Source of the DNA: Clostridia bacterium
GTDB lineage: Bacteria > Bacillota > Clostridia > Christensenellales > QALW01
Assembly: GCA_045541035.1 (NCBI GenBank)
Contig: JAZQII010000038.1
Span: 1,598-65,597, forward strand
Length of the DNA: 64,000 nucleotides
Direction: 5' to 3'
Below are positions 1 through 9,858 of the stretch, in pieces. The notes beneath the pieces were generated by a model, which saw only the letters and a program-made list of their open reading frames with translations, did not search any database and was not told where the DNA came from. A program made the position numbers and the translations under genes. Position 1 is the stretch's first letter. Every line of letters starts with the position of its first letter.

Positions 1-351
1 GTGGAAGAACTTGTAACCGAAAAGGTTTGAGAACATTCCTTCTACATAGGACTTTGACATATAAATGTCATTGTAATAGTAAAGAGGAATTACGCAGCCG
101 TTTGACATAAGAATGTCTTCAGCCTGGTGCATAAGTTTTGCACGTTCTTCGTAATTTGTTTCAGATTTGATCTTAGCAATAAGTTCATCGTATTTGCCCC
201 AATCGTTTACGGGATCGATGAAAGCATCGCTAACGAGATCTTCAGCCTTTTTAGCTACAACGTCATCACCTGACGGAGTGTTGTTGCCATCACAAGCACA
301 GAATGAGAAAACTGTAACAGCAGCAAGAAGAATTGCGAAAAGTTTTTTCAT
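1..351 (-). CDS. Lipoprotein, partial (open at window edge); signal peptide and lipobox followed almost directly by a segment resembling the C-terminal end of family-5 (Opp/Dpp) solute-binding proteins
   Basis: Absent from the ORF track because it runs off the edge. ATG at 351-349, GGAGG (revcomp of 360-364) 8 nt upstream, in-frame TAG just upstream. Translation MKKLFAILLAAVTVFSFCACDGNNTPSG...YEERAKLMHQAEDILMSNGCVIPLYYYNDIYMSKSYVEGMFSNLFGYKFFH. 117 codons stay in frame to position 1. Confidence 0.6.
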   Translation of the reverse strand, partial: MKKLFAILLAAVTVFSFCACDGNNTPSGDDVVAKKAEDLVSDAFIDPVNDWGKYDELIAKIKSETNYEERAKLMHQAEDILMSNGCVIPLYYYNDIYMSKSYVEGMFSNLFGYKFFH

Positions 352-459
352 TTTACTTTCCTCCTAAAAAATTTTATTAAAAATCCCTTTTATCATGAGC
401 GGACCGTTAAACGACAACCTATATTTAACGGGAAAACGCCCATAATAAAACGAGAATTT

Positions 460-1419
460 TTACTTATTCCAACATGCAACCATATGTCCGTTACCGCGGT
501 CGGTAAGTTTAGGACACTCAAGAGCGCATTGCTCGGTAGCGTATTTGCAACGTGTTCTGAAAGCGCAGCCCGTAGGCATTTTTAAGGGACTTGGAACGTC
601 GCCTTCAAGTTGAATACGTTTTCTTGCGCGTGCAACATCGGGATCGGGAATAGGTACTGCAGATAAAAGTGACTGTGAATAGGGATGCAAAGGATGCTCG
701 TTAAGATCATCAGAATCGGCAATCTCAACGATTTTACCTAAATACATAACTGCAATACGCTTTGAAATATGGTGAACTACAAGAAGATCGTGGGCGATGA
801 AAAGATAAGCAACGCCTAATTTATCCTGAAGATCTTCAAACATATTGATAACCTGAGCCTGAATTGAAACGTCAAGGGCGGAAACGGGTTCATCGCAAAC
901 GATAAACTTAGGATCAACCGCCAAAGCGCGGGCGATACCGATACGCTGACGCTGTCCGCCTGAAAACTCATGGGCATAACGAGTTGCATGCTCCGAGTTA
1001 AGACCAACGTAATTCATAAGTTCAAGAATCTTTTCTCTGCGCTCTTTTTTATTTGAATAGAGTTTATGAACGTCAAGAGGTTCACCGATAATATCTTCAA
1101 CGGTCATTCTGGGATCAAGAGAAGAATAAGGATCCTGAAAAACCATCTGCATTTCCTTGCGGAGTTCGGTAATGTTTTTATCGGTAACAAGTTCGTTGTT
1201 AAAGTAAACTTCACCTGCGGTAGGCTTATAAAGTCTTAAAAGAGATCTGCCGACGGTAGTTTTACCGCAACCTGATTCACCAACAAGACCTAAAGTTTCG
1301 CCTTTATTTATGGTAAAAGAAACGTCATCAACTGCTTTTAAGGGAATTTTTTTGCCAAAGCCTGTGTTTACGGGGAAGTATTGTTTAAGACCTTTTACTT
1401 CAAGCAAAATATCACTCAT
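460..1419 (-). CDS. Oligopeptide/dipeptide-type ABC transporter ATP-binding protein (OppF/DppF-like)
   Basis: Walker [10 protein letters not shown], signature FSGGQRQR, Walker B IVCDEP, Cys-rich Opp-type C-terminal extension. Overlaps the upstream ATPase gene by 8 nt. Confidence 0.9.
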   Translation of the reverse strand: MSDILLEVKGLKQYFPVNTGFGKKIPLKAVDDVSFTINKGETLGLVGESGCGKTTVGRSLLRLYKPTAGEVYFNNELVTDKNITELRKEMQMVFQDPYSSLDPRMTVEDIIGEPLDVHKLYSNKKERREKILELMNYVGLNSEHATRYAHEFSGGQRQRIGIARALAVDPKFIVCDEPVSALDVSIQAQVINMFEDLQDKLGVAYLFIAHDLLVVHHISKRIAVMYLGKIVEIADSDDLNEHPLHPYSQSLLSAVPIPDPDVARARKRIQLEGDVPSPLKMPTGCAFRTRCKYATEQCALECPKLTDRGNGHMVACWNK

Positions 1420-2416
1420 TAACTTTTCCTCCCTCGTTTTCCATCATTTCTTTAACGTTCATCCAGCATGATGCCTTATGATTTTCGTTGATTTCAAGTT
1501 CTTCAGGCTGGTCAGTAAGGCAAATCTTCATGCAGTTATCGCAACGTGCGCAGAAAGAACATCCTTTTGGCAGGTTAAGCATGTTAATAGGCGTACCTGC
1601 AATGGGGATAAGTTTTTCCTTCATATTGTTTACGTTGGGAATTGAACGTAAAAGTCCCTTTGTATATTCGTGTTTTGGATTATAGAAAATTTCACGGGCA
1701 GTACCGCGTTCGCAGATCTTGCCGCCGTACATAACTACGATGTTATCACACATATCGGCAATAACGCCAAGATCGTGGGTAACGAGAATAACTGCCATGC
1801 CGAATTTTTTCTGCAATTCCTGAATAAGTTCAAGAATCTGTGCCTGAATAGTAACGTCAAGAGCGGTGGTAGGCTCGTCGGCAATAAGAATATCAGGCTC
1901 GCAGGCAAGTGCCATAGCGATCATAACTCTCTGGCGCATACCGCCTGAAAGTTCAAAAGGATACTGCTTTAAACGTTTTTCGGGTTCGTTAATACCAACG
2001 AGTTCCAAAAGTTCAACTGCGCGTTTTTTAGCAACTTCGCCTTTTTTATCTGTGTGAAGAGTAATTGCTTCCTTTAACTGACTGCCTATTGTAAAAACGG
2101 GGTTAAGGCTTGTCATGGGATCCTGGAAGATTATAGAACAGCATTTACCGCGGAAAGAACGCATCTGCTTTTCTTTCCATTTGGAAATATCCTGACCTTT
2201 ATAAAGAATTTTACCGTCAACGATCTTACCGGTATCAGCAAGGATCTGCATAATAGAATATGCAGTAACACTTTTTCCTGAACCTGATTCGCCAACAATA
2301 CCTAAAATTTCACCGGGATTAAGGTTAAATGAAACACCGTTTACTGCCTGAACAACGCCGTTATCGGTAAAAAATGAGGTGTGCAGATCTTGAACGCTTA
2401 ATAAATATTCACTCAT
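1412..2416 (-). CDS. Oligopeptide/dipeptide-type ABC transporter ATP-binding protein (OppD/DppD-like)
   Basis: Walker A GESGSGKS, signature LSGGMRQR, Walker B LIADEP. I prefer the ATG at 2416 (MSEYLL...), 6 nt after AAGAGGTG; the GTG start in the track lies inside that RBS. Confidence 0.9.
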   Translation of the reverse strand: MSEYLLSVQDLHTSFFTDNGVVQAVNGVSFNLNPGEILGIVGESGSGKSVTAYSIMQILADTGKIVDGKILYKGQDISKWKEKQMRSFRGKCCSIIFQDPMTSLNPVFTIGSQLKEAITLHTDKKGEVAKKRAVELLELVGINEPEKRLKQYPFELSGGMRQRVMIAMALACEPDILIADEPTTALDVTIQAQILELIQELQKKFGMAVILVTHDLGVIADMCDNIVVMYGGKICERGTAREIFYNPKHEYTKGLLRSIPNVNNMKEKLIPIAGTPINMLNLPKGCSFCARCDNCMKICLTDQPEELEINENHKASCWMNVKEMMENEGGKVNE

Positions 2417-2421
2417 TTTTA

Positions 2422-3486
2422 TCACCTCTTAAGTTTGGGATCGAAAGCATCGCGGAGACCGTCACCAAGAAGGTTAAGGCTCAAAACGATAAGGCAGATT
2501 ATAAGTGCGGGGAACAAAAGTTTATGGGGGTAATTGGTAATACCGTCACGAGCCATGTTGGCAAGTGAGCCTAAAGAGGGCATAGGTGCCTGAACGCCCA
2601 TACCGATAAAGCTTAAATAACTTTCTGTAAAGATTGCAGAGGGAACCTGCAATGCAGTTGAAATGATAATAACTGAAAGACAGTTAGGTAAAATGTGCTT
2701 TCTGATTATCCAACCGGGTTTTGCACCGATACTTCTTGCGGCAAGAATATATTCGTTTTCCTTAATTGAAAGGATCTGACCGCGAACAAGACGTGCCATA
2801 CCAACCCAATATAAAAGACCGAACACAATAAACAATGAAACCATGTTTGTTCCGATATTTACAAGGAATGGAACGCCAACAAGCACTTCGCCGAGAACAA
2901 CTGATAAAAGAATGATTATAAGCATATCGGGCAGAGAATAGATAACGTCAACAATACGCATCATTACAAGATCGACTTTACCGCCGAAATAACCTGAAAT
3001 ACTGCCGTATAACAAGCCTATAACGAGAACTATAAGGCTTGCAAAAACACCAACTAAAAGGGAAACGCGGGTACCGTAAATAACACGGATAAAATAATCA
3101 CGGCCGTTTTCGTCAGTACCGAAAATGTGGGGGAACAGGTCTTCACCCGTTTCTTCCATGTAAGCAGTTTCCGCTTCGGAATAGGTGAAAGGTTTAAGAT
3201 TCTGTGCAGATTTATCTTTTCTGCCGTTGATTCTTATAACGTAATCGTACTCATAAGGAACGATCATAGGTGCGATGATGATCGTAAGAATAAGAACAGA
3301 AAGAATAATGATACTTAAAACCGCAAGAGGGTTTTTGAAAAGTCTTCTGAGACCGTCTTTTAAGAAAGTGGTACTTTCACTCATAACGTCTTGCTGACGT
3401 TTTTCGTCTTCTGTTGCAGGTTCAAACTTTGAAAGATCAATCTGAGCGGAAAAAATATTCTTTTTGGGCATTTTGTTATCTTCCAT
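2422..3486 (-). CDS. ABC transporter permease (OppC/DppC-like)
   Basis: Multi-pass membrane protein with a BPD-type permease core and the long N-terminal region typical of OppC. AAGGAGG RBS upstream of the ATG at 3486. Confidence 0.85.
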   Translation of the reverse strand: MEDNKMPKKNIFSAQIDLSKFEPATEDEKRQQDVMSESTTFLKDGLRRLFKNPLAVLSIIILSVLILTIIIAPMIVPYEYDYVIRINGRKDKSAQNLKPFTYSEAETAYMEETGEDLFPHIFGTDENGRDYFIRVIYGTRVSLLVGVFASLIVLVIGLLYGSISGYFGGKVDLVMMRIVDVIYSLPDMLIIILLSVVLGEVLVGVPFLVNIGTNMVSLFIVFGLLYWVGMARLVRGQILSIKENEYILAARSIGAKPGWIIRKHILPNCLSVIIISTALQVPSAIFTESYLSFIGMGVQAPMPSLGSLANMARDGITNYPHKLLFPALIICLIVLSLNLLGDGLRDAFDPKLKR

Positions 3487-3500
3487 TATTTTCGCCTCCT

Positions 3501-4412
3501 TTAGTCATACTTGATTCTGGGATCAACAAGTTTATAAAGAAGATCGCAGAGAAGGTTTGCAATTACCATGATAGTTGCAAGGAAAACCGTTGTTGCCATA
3601 ATAAGAGTATAGTCACGGTTATTGATAGCCTGAACGAACTGTCTGCCGATACCGCCAACAGAGAATATCTGTTCAATAACCATTGAACCTGTAATAATAT
3701 ATGCGATCTGGGGACCTGCATAGGTTATTACGGGAATAAGTGAGTTTCTTAAAGCGTGCTTGAAGATAATAAGCCACTTTGAAACGCCTTTAGCCTTTGC
3801 GGTGCGGATATAATCCTGACTTAAAGCATCAAGCATACTTGTTTTTGCAAGACGTGTCGTGTAAGCCATGGGGTATGCCGCCAAAGCAAGAACGGGGAGT
3901 ATGTAATTCTGATTATCAACACTCCATGCTTCAACCCAACCTAACTTACTACAGAAAACGTATAATAGAAGCGTTGCAAGAATGAAACTTGGAACAGCCG
4001 TAAATAACGTTGAGAAGAAAACGATTATTCTATCAATAATGGTATTTCGTTTAAGCGCGGCAATACTTCCGAAAATCGTACCTGATAAAAGAGCAACCGC
4101 CATTGCCGAGAGACCTAACTTCATTGAGATAGGGAATGACTGTTTGAATATGGTTGCAATATCTCTGCCGTTTTTAAGGGAAACACCAAAGTCACCCTGA
4201 ACGAGACCTTTAAGATAATTAACAAACTGAACGATCAACGGCTGATCAAGACCGTAACGCTCCTCAAGTGCTTTGATAGTTTGTTTGTCCAACGCCTTTT
4301 CGCTGTTAAACGGACCGCCGGGAACAGCGTGCATTGCAAAAAATGTGATCGTGCATATTATAAGAACTGTGGCAAGCGCCAACAGAACGCGCTTAATAAC
4401 GTACTTTAACAC
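3501..4412 (-). CDS. ABC transporter permease (OppB/DppB-like)
   Basis: N-terminus MLKYVIKRVL.. and six-TM permease pattern. GTG start at 4412, 7 nt after AAGGAG. Confidence 0.85.
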   Translation of the reverse strand: MLKYVIKRVLLALATVLIICTITFFAMHAVPGGPFNSEKALDKQTIKALEERYGLDQPLIVQFVNYLKGLVQGDFGVSLKNGRDIATIFKQSFPISMKLGLSAMAVALLSGTIFGSIAALKRNTIIDRIIVFFSTLFTAVPSFILATLLLYVFCSKLGWVEAWSVDNQNYILPVLALAAYPMAYTTRLAKTSMLDALSQDYIRTAKAKGVSKWLIIFKHALRNSLIPVITYAGPQIAYIITGSMVIEQIFSVGGIGRQFVQAINNRDYTLIMATTVFLATIMVIANLLCDLLYKLVDPRIKYD

Positions 4413-4489
4413 ATTATCGCTCCTTTCTGAGAAAAAAATCGTAGAATGGTATATTCTGTGAAACTACACAATAAACCAATTATTGAAAT

Positions 4490-4518
4490 ATTATAGCCTA
4501 TTTGCGAAAATTTGTCAA
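4490..4518 (-). promoter_or_regulatory. Sigma-A type promoter for the opp-like operon
   Basis: Minus strand reads TTGACA (revcomp of 4513-4518), 17-nt spacer, TATAAT (revcomp of 4490-4495). About 75 nt upstream of the oppB-like start. Confidence 0.7.
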
Positions 4519-4558
4519 TAGATTTAGTATGGTTTTAACACAGTTTAATCACGCAGTT

Positions 4559-5380
4559 TTAACTTTTTTTTCTGTATTCAGAAGGAGTTATTCCCTCAAC
4601 CTTTTTAAATAATTTGCTAAAATAATTATAATCGGGGATACCCACCAGAAAAGATATTTCGTTTACATTTAAGGTAGAATCCTTCAAAAGAGTTTTTGCT
4701 TTTTTTATGCGCTTTGAAGTCAATAATTGATGAACCGTGTTGCCCGTGTGTTTTTTTACTGTTTTACATATTGAAGAAACTGAAACGCCAAGATCCCTTG
4801 CCATATCTTCAAGAGAAAATGAAGAAAGAAAGTTTCTCTCTATATAGTAATCTATCTGCGCCCAAAGTCCTGTTTTTGCGGCGTCAAGCATTTTGTGCAG
4901 ATGTATGTAACTGATGCACGCGGTCATAATGCTTTCAACTGAATCAAGGTATTCTGAAGAAAGAGTCCGCACCGAAGCAATTTTTTCATCAAACTCTTTG
5001 GCTTTGAAAAATTTTTTCGTAAGTTCTTTTGTTGCTTCGTGCTGAGAGGTAATATCGGTATCATATAGAATCTGACCGAACATCAGATATCCGCTGATAC
5101 CCATATCGTCAATTATGGGTGCACAGACTTCAAGAAGACCTGCATGGCATCTAAGGCGAATGGTTTTACCGTTTGATGCTTTTCTTAACATATCGTTATC
5201 TGAACAAGTACAAGCAATGTGCCCGTGATGTTTTGAACGGATATGTTCGCAGAATTCGCAACGCTTTTCGGGAAATTTAGTAATGATGTTGAAGTTTTTG
5301 TCAAAAAGTGCGATACGCAATCCGGTAACTTCATAAAAGTCTTTAATTAGTTTTTTTATATCGTTATTGTCACTAGTCAT
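4559..5380 (-). CDS. AraC-family transcriptional regulator with N-terminal PocR-type sensor domain
   Basis: Cys/His-rich PocR-like segment (CEFCEHIRSKHHGHIAC...RLRCHAGLLEVCAPI) plus a C-terminal AraC HTH (..ISFLVGIPDYNYFSKLFKKVEGITPSEYRK). Confidence 0.85.
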   Translation of the reverse strand: MTSDNNDIKKLIKDFYEVTGLRIALFDKNFNIITKFPEKRCEFCEHIRSKHHGHIACTCSDNDMLRKASNGKTIRLRCHAGLLEVCAPIIDDMGISGYLMFGQILYDTDITSQHEATKELTKKFFKAKEFDEKIASVRTLSSEYLDSVESIMTACISYIHLHKMLDAAKTGLWAQIDYYIERNFLSSFSLEDMARDLGVSVSSICKTVKKHTGNTVHQLLTSKRIKKAKTLLKDSTLNVNEISFLVGIPDYNYFSKLFKKVEGITPSEYRKKS

Positions 5381-5397
5381 TGTAAAAATTCCAATTT

Positions 5398-5455
5398 TAT
5401 ACTATAATTTGCAATAATTATACTATAATTTTCAATTTATGTATAGTATAATTTT
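5398..5455 (+). repeat. Three direct repeats TATA(C/G)TATAATTT(T) in the divergent PocR/AraC - GH95 spacer
   Basis: Copies start at 5398, 5419 and 5442 (spacings 21 and 23 bp). The first two extend to 17/18 identical bases (5397-5414 vs 5418-5435). Each copy contains a TATAAT hexamer. Confidence 0.7.
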
Positions 5456-5477
5456 AATATAAGAGGTGAAAAAGTTT

Positions 5478-7703
5478 ATGAATGAGTTCCTTTTAAAATA
5501 TTCAAACAGTGCAAAAAAATGGGAAGACGCTCTTCCGTTAGGTAACGGCAGAATTGGAGCAATGGTTTTTTCCCGTGGCAAAGAAGAGATTCTTCGCTTA
5601 AATGAAGAAACGCTGTGGGAAGGCTTTCCTTACGATTTTGATAATCCTGAAACACGCGAATATCTTCCTATAATTCGAAAACTTATTTTTGAAAAAAAGT
5701 ATTCGCAGGCTCAGGAAATTGCATTAAAAAAACATATTTGTAAAGACGGCGGAAGTGCGAGGTGCAATCCCGGCGAACCTTTCGGCACATTCAGAGGTGC
5801 AGGAGATCTTCTTCTTGAAGATATGAACGAGGTCAACGTTTTAAAGCGCGAGCTTGATTTAAAACACGGCATTGTATATACTCAAACCGACAGATACGTT
5901 CGTACTCATTTTACTTTGCTTACCGAAAATGTTTTCGTCGTTAACATAAAAAGCAAAAAGGATAAGTTGAATATTGCTTTCAGATTTGATCATAACGGCG
6001 GTGATTTTGTTGATGACAAAAATAACATCGCTTATAAAAATGAAGATAACAAAAAATTTTACGGTACCGAGATAATAAAGGATTTTTCTGAAAAGTTTGA
6101 AGGTGTTGAGGTTACTGATTCAATTAGTTATTTAGAACAGCTCTTGGGCGACGGTGCTATGACGTGGGCATTTTTTTGTGATTTTGTTACTGATGGCAAA
6201 AGAGAAAAACTTTTTGACGGTATAAAAATTACTGATGCGACAGAAATAACGGCATTCGTTTCCATTGCAACGTCATACAACAATGAGGATCCCGTAAAAA
6301 CAGTTTCTGATACTGTAAAAAAAGCAATACATACGGGATATGAAACTCTTATTTATGAGCATAAAAAGGCTTTCTCGGAATTGATGCTCAGATCTGAACT
6401 TCACCTTGAAGGCGATGAAAAACTTCAAGAATTAGATACTGATGTACGTCTTAATTTAATTAAAGAAGGCGGAACGGATAACGGATTTGCGGAACTGTAT
6501 TTTAATTACGGTAAATACCTGCTGATATCATCTTCGAAAAAAGGATGTAAACTTCCTGCAAATCTTCAGGGTTTATGGACAAAGGATAATCAACCTCCGT
6601 GGAGTTCGGATTATCATATAAATATAAATCTTCAAATGAATTATTGGCCCAGCGAGGTTACGGGACTTTCGGACTGTAATGATTCCTTCTTTGAATATAT
6701 CAGATTTTTATCTGTTCACGGCAGAAAAACAGCAGAAATTATGTATGGATGTTCGGGATGGGTCTCACATCATGCAACAACACCTCACGGATTCACGTCT
6801 GCAGGAAATAATCCCCAATGGGGAAGTTTTGTGTGCTCGGGCGCTTGGTGTGTAACTCACATCTATAACCATTACAGATATACACTTGATAAGGATTTTT
6901 TAAAAAGATATTGGGATGTTATAACGGAGAGCGTGAGATTCTTTCTTGATTATCTTGTTGAAAGTCCGGAAGGATATCTGGTTACCTGCCCTTCAAATTC
7001 ACCGGAAAATTCATTTATAGATCCCGAAACGGGTAAAAGGGTAGGATTGTATCCCGGCCCCACAATGGATACGCAAATTATCAGGGATCTTTTTAGCGGT
7101 TACGTTGAACTTTCGGAAATTGTGGAAGAATATGAACTTGTGGAAAAAGTAAAGGCGAGTCTTGAAAAACTTGTTCCGACTCGAATAGGAAAGCACGGAA
7201 ATATTATGGAATGGCTTGAGGATTTTGATGAGGCTGAGCCGGGACACAGACATATTTCACATTTGTACGGACTTTATCCTTCGGAACAAATCAATAAAAA
7301 CACTCCCGAACTGTTTGAAGGAGCAAAGAAAACTATTGAGCGCAGGCTAAAATATGGCGGTGGACACACGGGCTGGTCCCGCGCGTGGATAATTAACTTT
7401 TATGCCCGTCTTTTTGACGGTGAAGAAGCATATTTCCACTTGCTGGAGTTTTATAAAAAAAGCACGTTTTCAAATCTTTTTGATTCACATCCGCCTTTTC
7501 AGATAGACGGCAACTTTGGCGTAACAGCGGGAATTGCAAATATGCTTTTAAGTGACGTCGGTGATGAAATAACCTTGCTTCCCGCATTACCCAAGGAGTG
7601 GAAAAACGGTTCATTTAAAGGTTTCCGCGCAAAAGGAAACAAGATTGTTTCATGTTCTTGGCGTGACGGAAAAATTACAGAAAGTAAAATTGAAAATATT
7701 TAA
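5478..7703 (+). CDS. Glycoside hydrolase family 95 (alpha-L-fucosidase-like)
   Basis: N-terminal W-x-x-ALPLGNGRIGAMVF motif and central NLQGLWT...PPWSSDYHININLQMNYWP block typical of GH95. I prefer the ATG at 5478, 9 nt after AGAGGTG; the track start at 5466 is a GTG inside the RBS. Confidence 0.85.
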   Translation: MNEFLLKYSNSAKKWEDALPLGNGRIGAMVFSRGKEEILRLNEETLWEGFPYDFDNPETREYLPIIRKLIFEKKYSQAQEIALKKHICKDGGSARCNPGEPFGTFRGAGDLLLEDMNEVNVLKRELDLKHGIVYTQTDRYVRTHFTLLTENVFVVNIKSKKDKLNIAFRFDHNGGDFVDDKNNIAYKNEDNKKFYGTEIIKDFSEKFEGVEVTDSISYLEQLLGDGAMTWAFFCDFVTDGKREKLFDGIKITDATEITAFVSIATSYNNEDPVKTVSDTVKKAIHTGYETLIYEHKKAFSELMLRSELHLEGDEKLQELDTDVRLNLIKEGGTDNGFAELYFNYGKYLLISSSKKGCKLPANLQGLWTKDNQPPWSSDYHININLQMNYWPSEVTGLSDCNDSFFEYIRFLSVHGRKTAEIMYGCSGWVSHHATTPHGFTSAGNNPQWGSFVCSGAWCVTHIYNHYRYTLDKDFLKRYWDVITESVRFFLDYLVESPEGYLVTCPSNSPENSFIDPETGKRVGLYPGPTMDTQIIRDLFSGYVELSEIVEEYELVEKVKASLEKLVPTRIGKHGNIMEWLEDFDEAEPGHRHISHLYGLYPSEQINKNTPELFEGAKKTIERRLKYGGGHTGWSRAWIINFYARLFDGEEAYFHLLEFYKKSTFSNLFDSHPPFQIDGNFGVTAGIANMLLSDVGDEITLLPALPKEWKNGSFKGFRAKGNKIVSCSWRDGKITESKIENI

Positions 7704-7722
7704 TATAAAGGAGAATAAAATT

Positions 7723-9507
7723 ATGGCAAACATGAAAATCGGTATTCGTCCCGTAATTGACGGCAGATGGGGCGGCGTAAGAGAAGGTCTTGAAGAACAG
7801 ACCATGAACATGGCAAAAAATGCCGCAAAACTTATTGAAGAAAATTTGAGATATGCTGACGGTACTCCCGTTCAGTGCGTTATTGGTTGCACAACCATCG
7901 GCAGTGGCGCAGAAGCGGCAAAGGTTCTTGAACAGTTTTCAAAGGAAAACGTTGTTGCAACACTTTCAGTTACAGCTTGCTGGTGCTACGGCTCAGAGAC
8001 AATGGATCTTGATCCTACAACCATAAAGGCAATTTGGGGCTTTAACGGAACAGAACGTCCCGGTGCAGTGTATCTTGCGGCGGCTATGGCGGCACACGCT
8101 CAGCGCGGACTTCCTGCCTTTGCAATTTACGGTCATGACGTTCAGGACAGAACAGATACAACCATTCCCGATGACGTTAAGGAAAAAATTCTTTTGTTTG
8201 CAAAGGGCGCAGTTGCAGTAGGTCAGATGCGCGGCAGAGCTTACGTTAATATCGGCTCAATTTCAATGGGTATTGCAGGTTCTTTCTGTGATGCTGACTT
8301 TTTCCAGAAATATCTTGGCATTCGTGCTGAATGGCTTGATGAAACTGAACTTCTTCGCCGTATAACTCTTGGCATCTATGATGAAGAAGAATATACAAAG
8401 GCACTTAAATGGGTTAAGACAAACTGCAAGGAAGGCTTTGATAAAAACGAGGGCAAGGATCTTCCTGAAATCATTAAGAGAAGTAAAGTTGTTTCCCCTG
8501 ATAAAGATTGGGAATTTGTTACCAAAATGGCTATCATCATAAAAGATATCATGCACGGCAACGAAAAACTTAAAGAAATCGGCTGGCATGAAGAAGCATT
8601 AGGCAGAAACGGTATCGCAGGCGGTTTCCAAGGTCAGCGTCAGTGGACAGATTGGCTTCCCAACGGTGATTTTGCTGAAAGTATCCTCTGTTCAACCTTT
8701 GACTGGAACGGCAAGGGCGCACCAACAATTCTTGCAACTGAAAACGATAACTTAAACGGCGTAACAATGCTTTTATTAAATCTTTTAACGGGCAAAGCAC
8801 CTTTGTTCTCTGACGTTAGAACATATTGGTCTCCCGATGCAGTTAAGCGCGTAACGGGCACAACTCTTTCAGGCTATGCCGAAAACGGAATTATTCACCT
8901 TATCAATTCAGGCGCAACTGCTCTTGATGCAACGGGCGCAGTTAAAGATGAAAATGGCAACGGCACCATGAAAGAATGGTGGAATATGACGGAAGAAGAC
9001 ATTAAGGCTTGCCTTGAAAACTCCGATTGGTGCAGGGCTGACTATGAATATTTCCGCGGCGGCGGTTTCTCAAGCCACTTTAAGACAAATGCTGAAATGC
9101 CCGTAACAATGGCACGTCTTTGCCTTGTTGACGGTGTTGGCCCCGTAATGCAGATCGCTGAAGGCTATACTTGCGTTGTTGATGAAAAGACTCACGAAAC
9201 GTTAGATAAGCGTACCGATCCCACATGGCCCACCACTTGGTTTGCACCTATTCTTAACGGCAAGGGCGCATTTACCGACGTTTACTCCGTAATGGCAAAT
9301 TGGGGCGCTAACCACGGCGCATGGGTTCACGGTCACGTTGGCGCAGATCTGATCACACTTTGCTCAATGCTTCGCATTCCCGTTAGCATGCACAACGTTC
9401 CCGAAGAAAAGATATTCCGTCCTCAAGCATGGGGACTTATGGGAACAGAGAACAAAGAGTCTGCTGACTTTAAGGCTTGCCAGACTTACGGTCCTTTGTA
9501 TAAATAA
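7723..9507 (+). CDS. fucI: L-fucose isomerase
   Basis: Near full-length resemblance to E. coli FucI as I recall it (KIGIRPVIDGR..GVRE.LEEQTMNMAK; WGFNGTERPGAVYLAAA; FADVRTYWSP; VMANWGANHG; YGPLYK C-terminus). ATG at 7723 after AAGGAG. Confidence 0.95.
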   Translation: MANMKIGIRPVIDGRWGGVREGLEEQTMNMAKNAAKLIEENLRYADGTPVQCVIGCTTIGSGAEAAKVLEQFSKENVVATLSVTACWCYGSETMDLDPTTIKAIWGFNGTERPGAVYLAAAMAAHAQRGLPAFAIYGHDVQDRTDTTIPDDVKEKILLFAKGAVAVGQMRGRAYVNIGSISMGIAGSFCDADFFQKYLGIRAEWLDETELLRRITLGIYDEEEYTKALKWVKTNCKEGFDKNEGKDLPEIIKRSKVVSPDKDWEFVTKMAIIIKDIMHGNEKLKEIGWHEEALGRNGIAGGFQGQRQWTDWLPNGDFAESILCSTFDWNGKGAPTILATENDNLNGVTMLLLNLLTGKAPLFSDVRTYWSPDAVKRVTGTTLSGYAENGIIHLINSGATALDATGAVKDENGNGTMKEWWNMTEEDIKACLENSDWCRADYEYFRGGGFSSHFKTNAEMPVTMARLCLVDGVGPVMQIAEGYTCVVDEKTHETLDKRTDPTWPTTWFAPILNGKGAFTDVYSVMANWGANHGAWVHGHVGADLITLCSMLRIPVSMHNVPEEKIFRPQAWGLMGTENKESADFKACQTYGPLYK

Positions 9508-9517
9508 AAAACGAAAA

Positions 9518-9546
9518 ATGACTGCATATATTGCAGTCATTTTTTT
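9518..9546. terminator. Intrinsic terminator, bidirectional
   Basis: ATGACTGCA (9518-9526), 5-nt loop, TGCAGTCAT (9532-9540), T6 downstream and an A-run upstream. Lies between convergent fucI and the 9592-9858 gene. Confidence 0.8.
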
Positions 9547-9591
9547 GCCTATAAAAAAATCCCATTGGCTGAAAAATCAATGGGATAAATT

Positions 9592-9858
9592 TTATCTGAC
9601 CGATGCAAAAAGGAAAAATACCATAATGTAAAGATAAGTTATAACGGTCATTTTAATTATAAAATAGTTTTTCGTTGCATTTTTATCTTTGTTCATAAGC
9701 GTCTGAACCAAACAAGCGGTAATTGGCAGGCACAGAATAAGTGCAAGTGCAAGATTTGAAACAAACAGCGTTTTAATTACACCGAAAAAAAGACACAAAA
9801 GATAAATAATAAATGCAATGGGAAATAAGATCCACAAAATATTTCTTAAAATCTTCAT
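9592..9858 (-). CDS. Small multi-pass membrane protein, unknown function
   Basis: 88 aa, three hydrophobic segments. Its ATG shares one base with the TAA stop of the UPF0210 gene (TAATG), suggesting translational coupling. Confidence 0.6.
   Translation of the reverse strand: MKILRNILWILFPIAFIIYLLCLFFGVIKTLFVSNLALALILCLPITACLVQTLMNKDKNATKNYFIIKMTVITYLYIMVFFLFASVR

Noticed and set aside
5466-5477. N-terminal extensions in the ORF track (5466, 7645, 16008, 25530, 27804, 34978-35898, 35902-37386, 41962, 47619, 49834, 54207, 54767, 55972, 57971)
   Set aside because: In each case an internal ATG has a proper Shine-Dalgarno at 5-10 nt and matches the conserved family N-terminus. The upstream start lies inside the RBS, in the neighbouring gene, or in a regulatory element.
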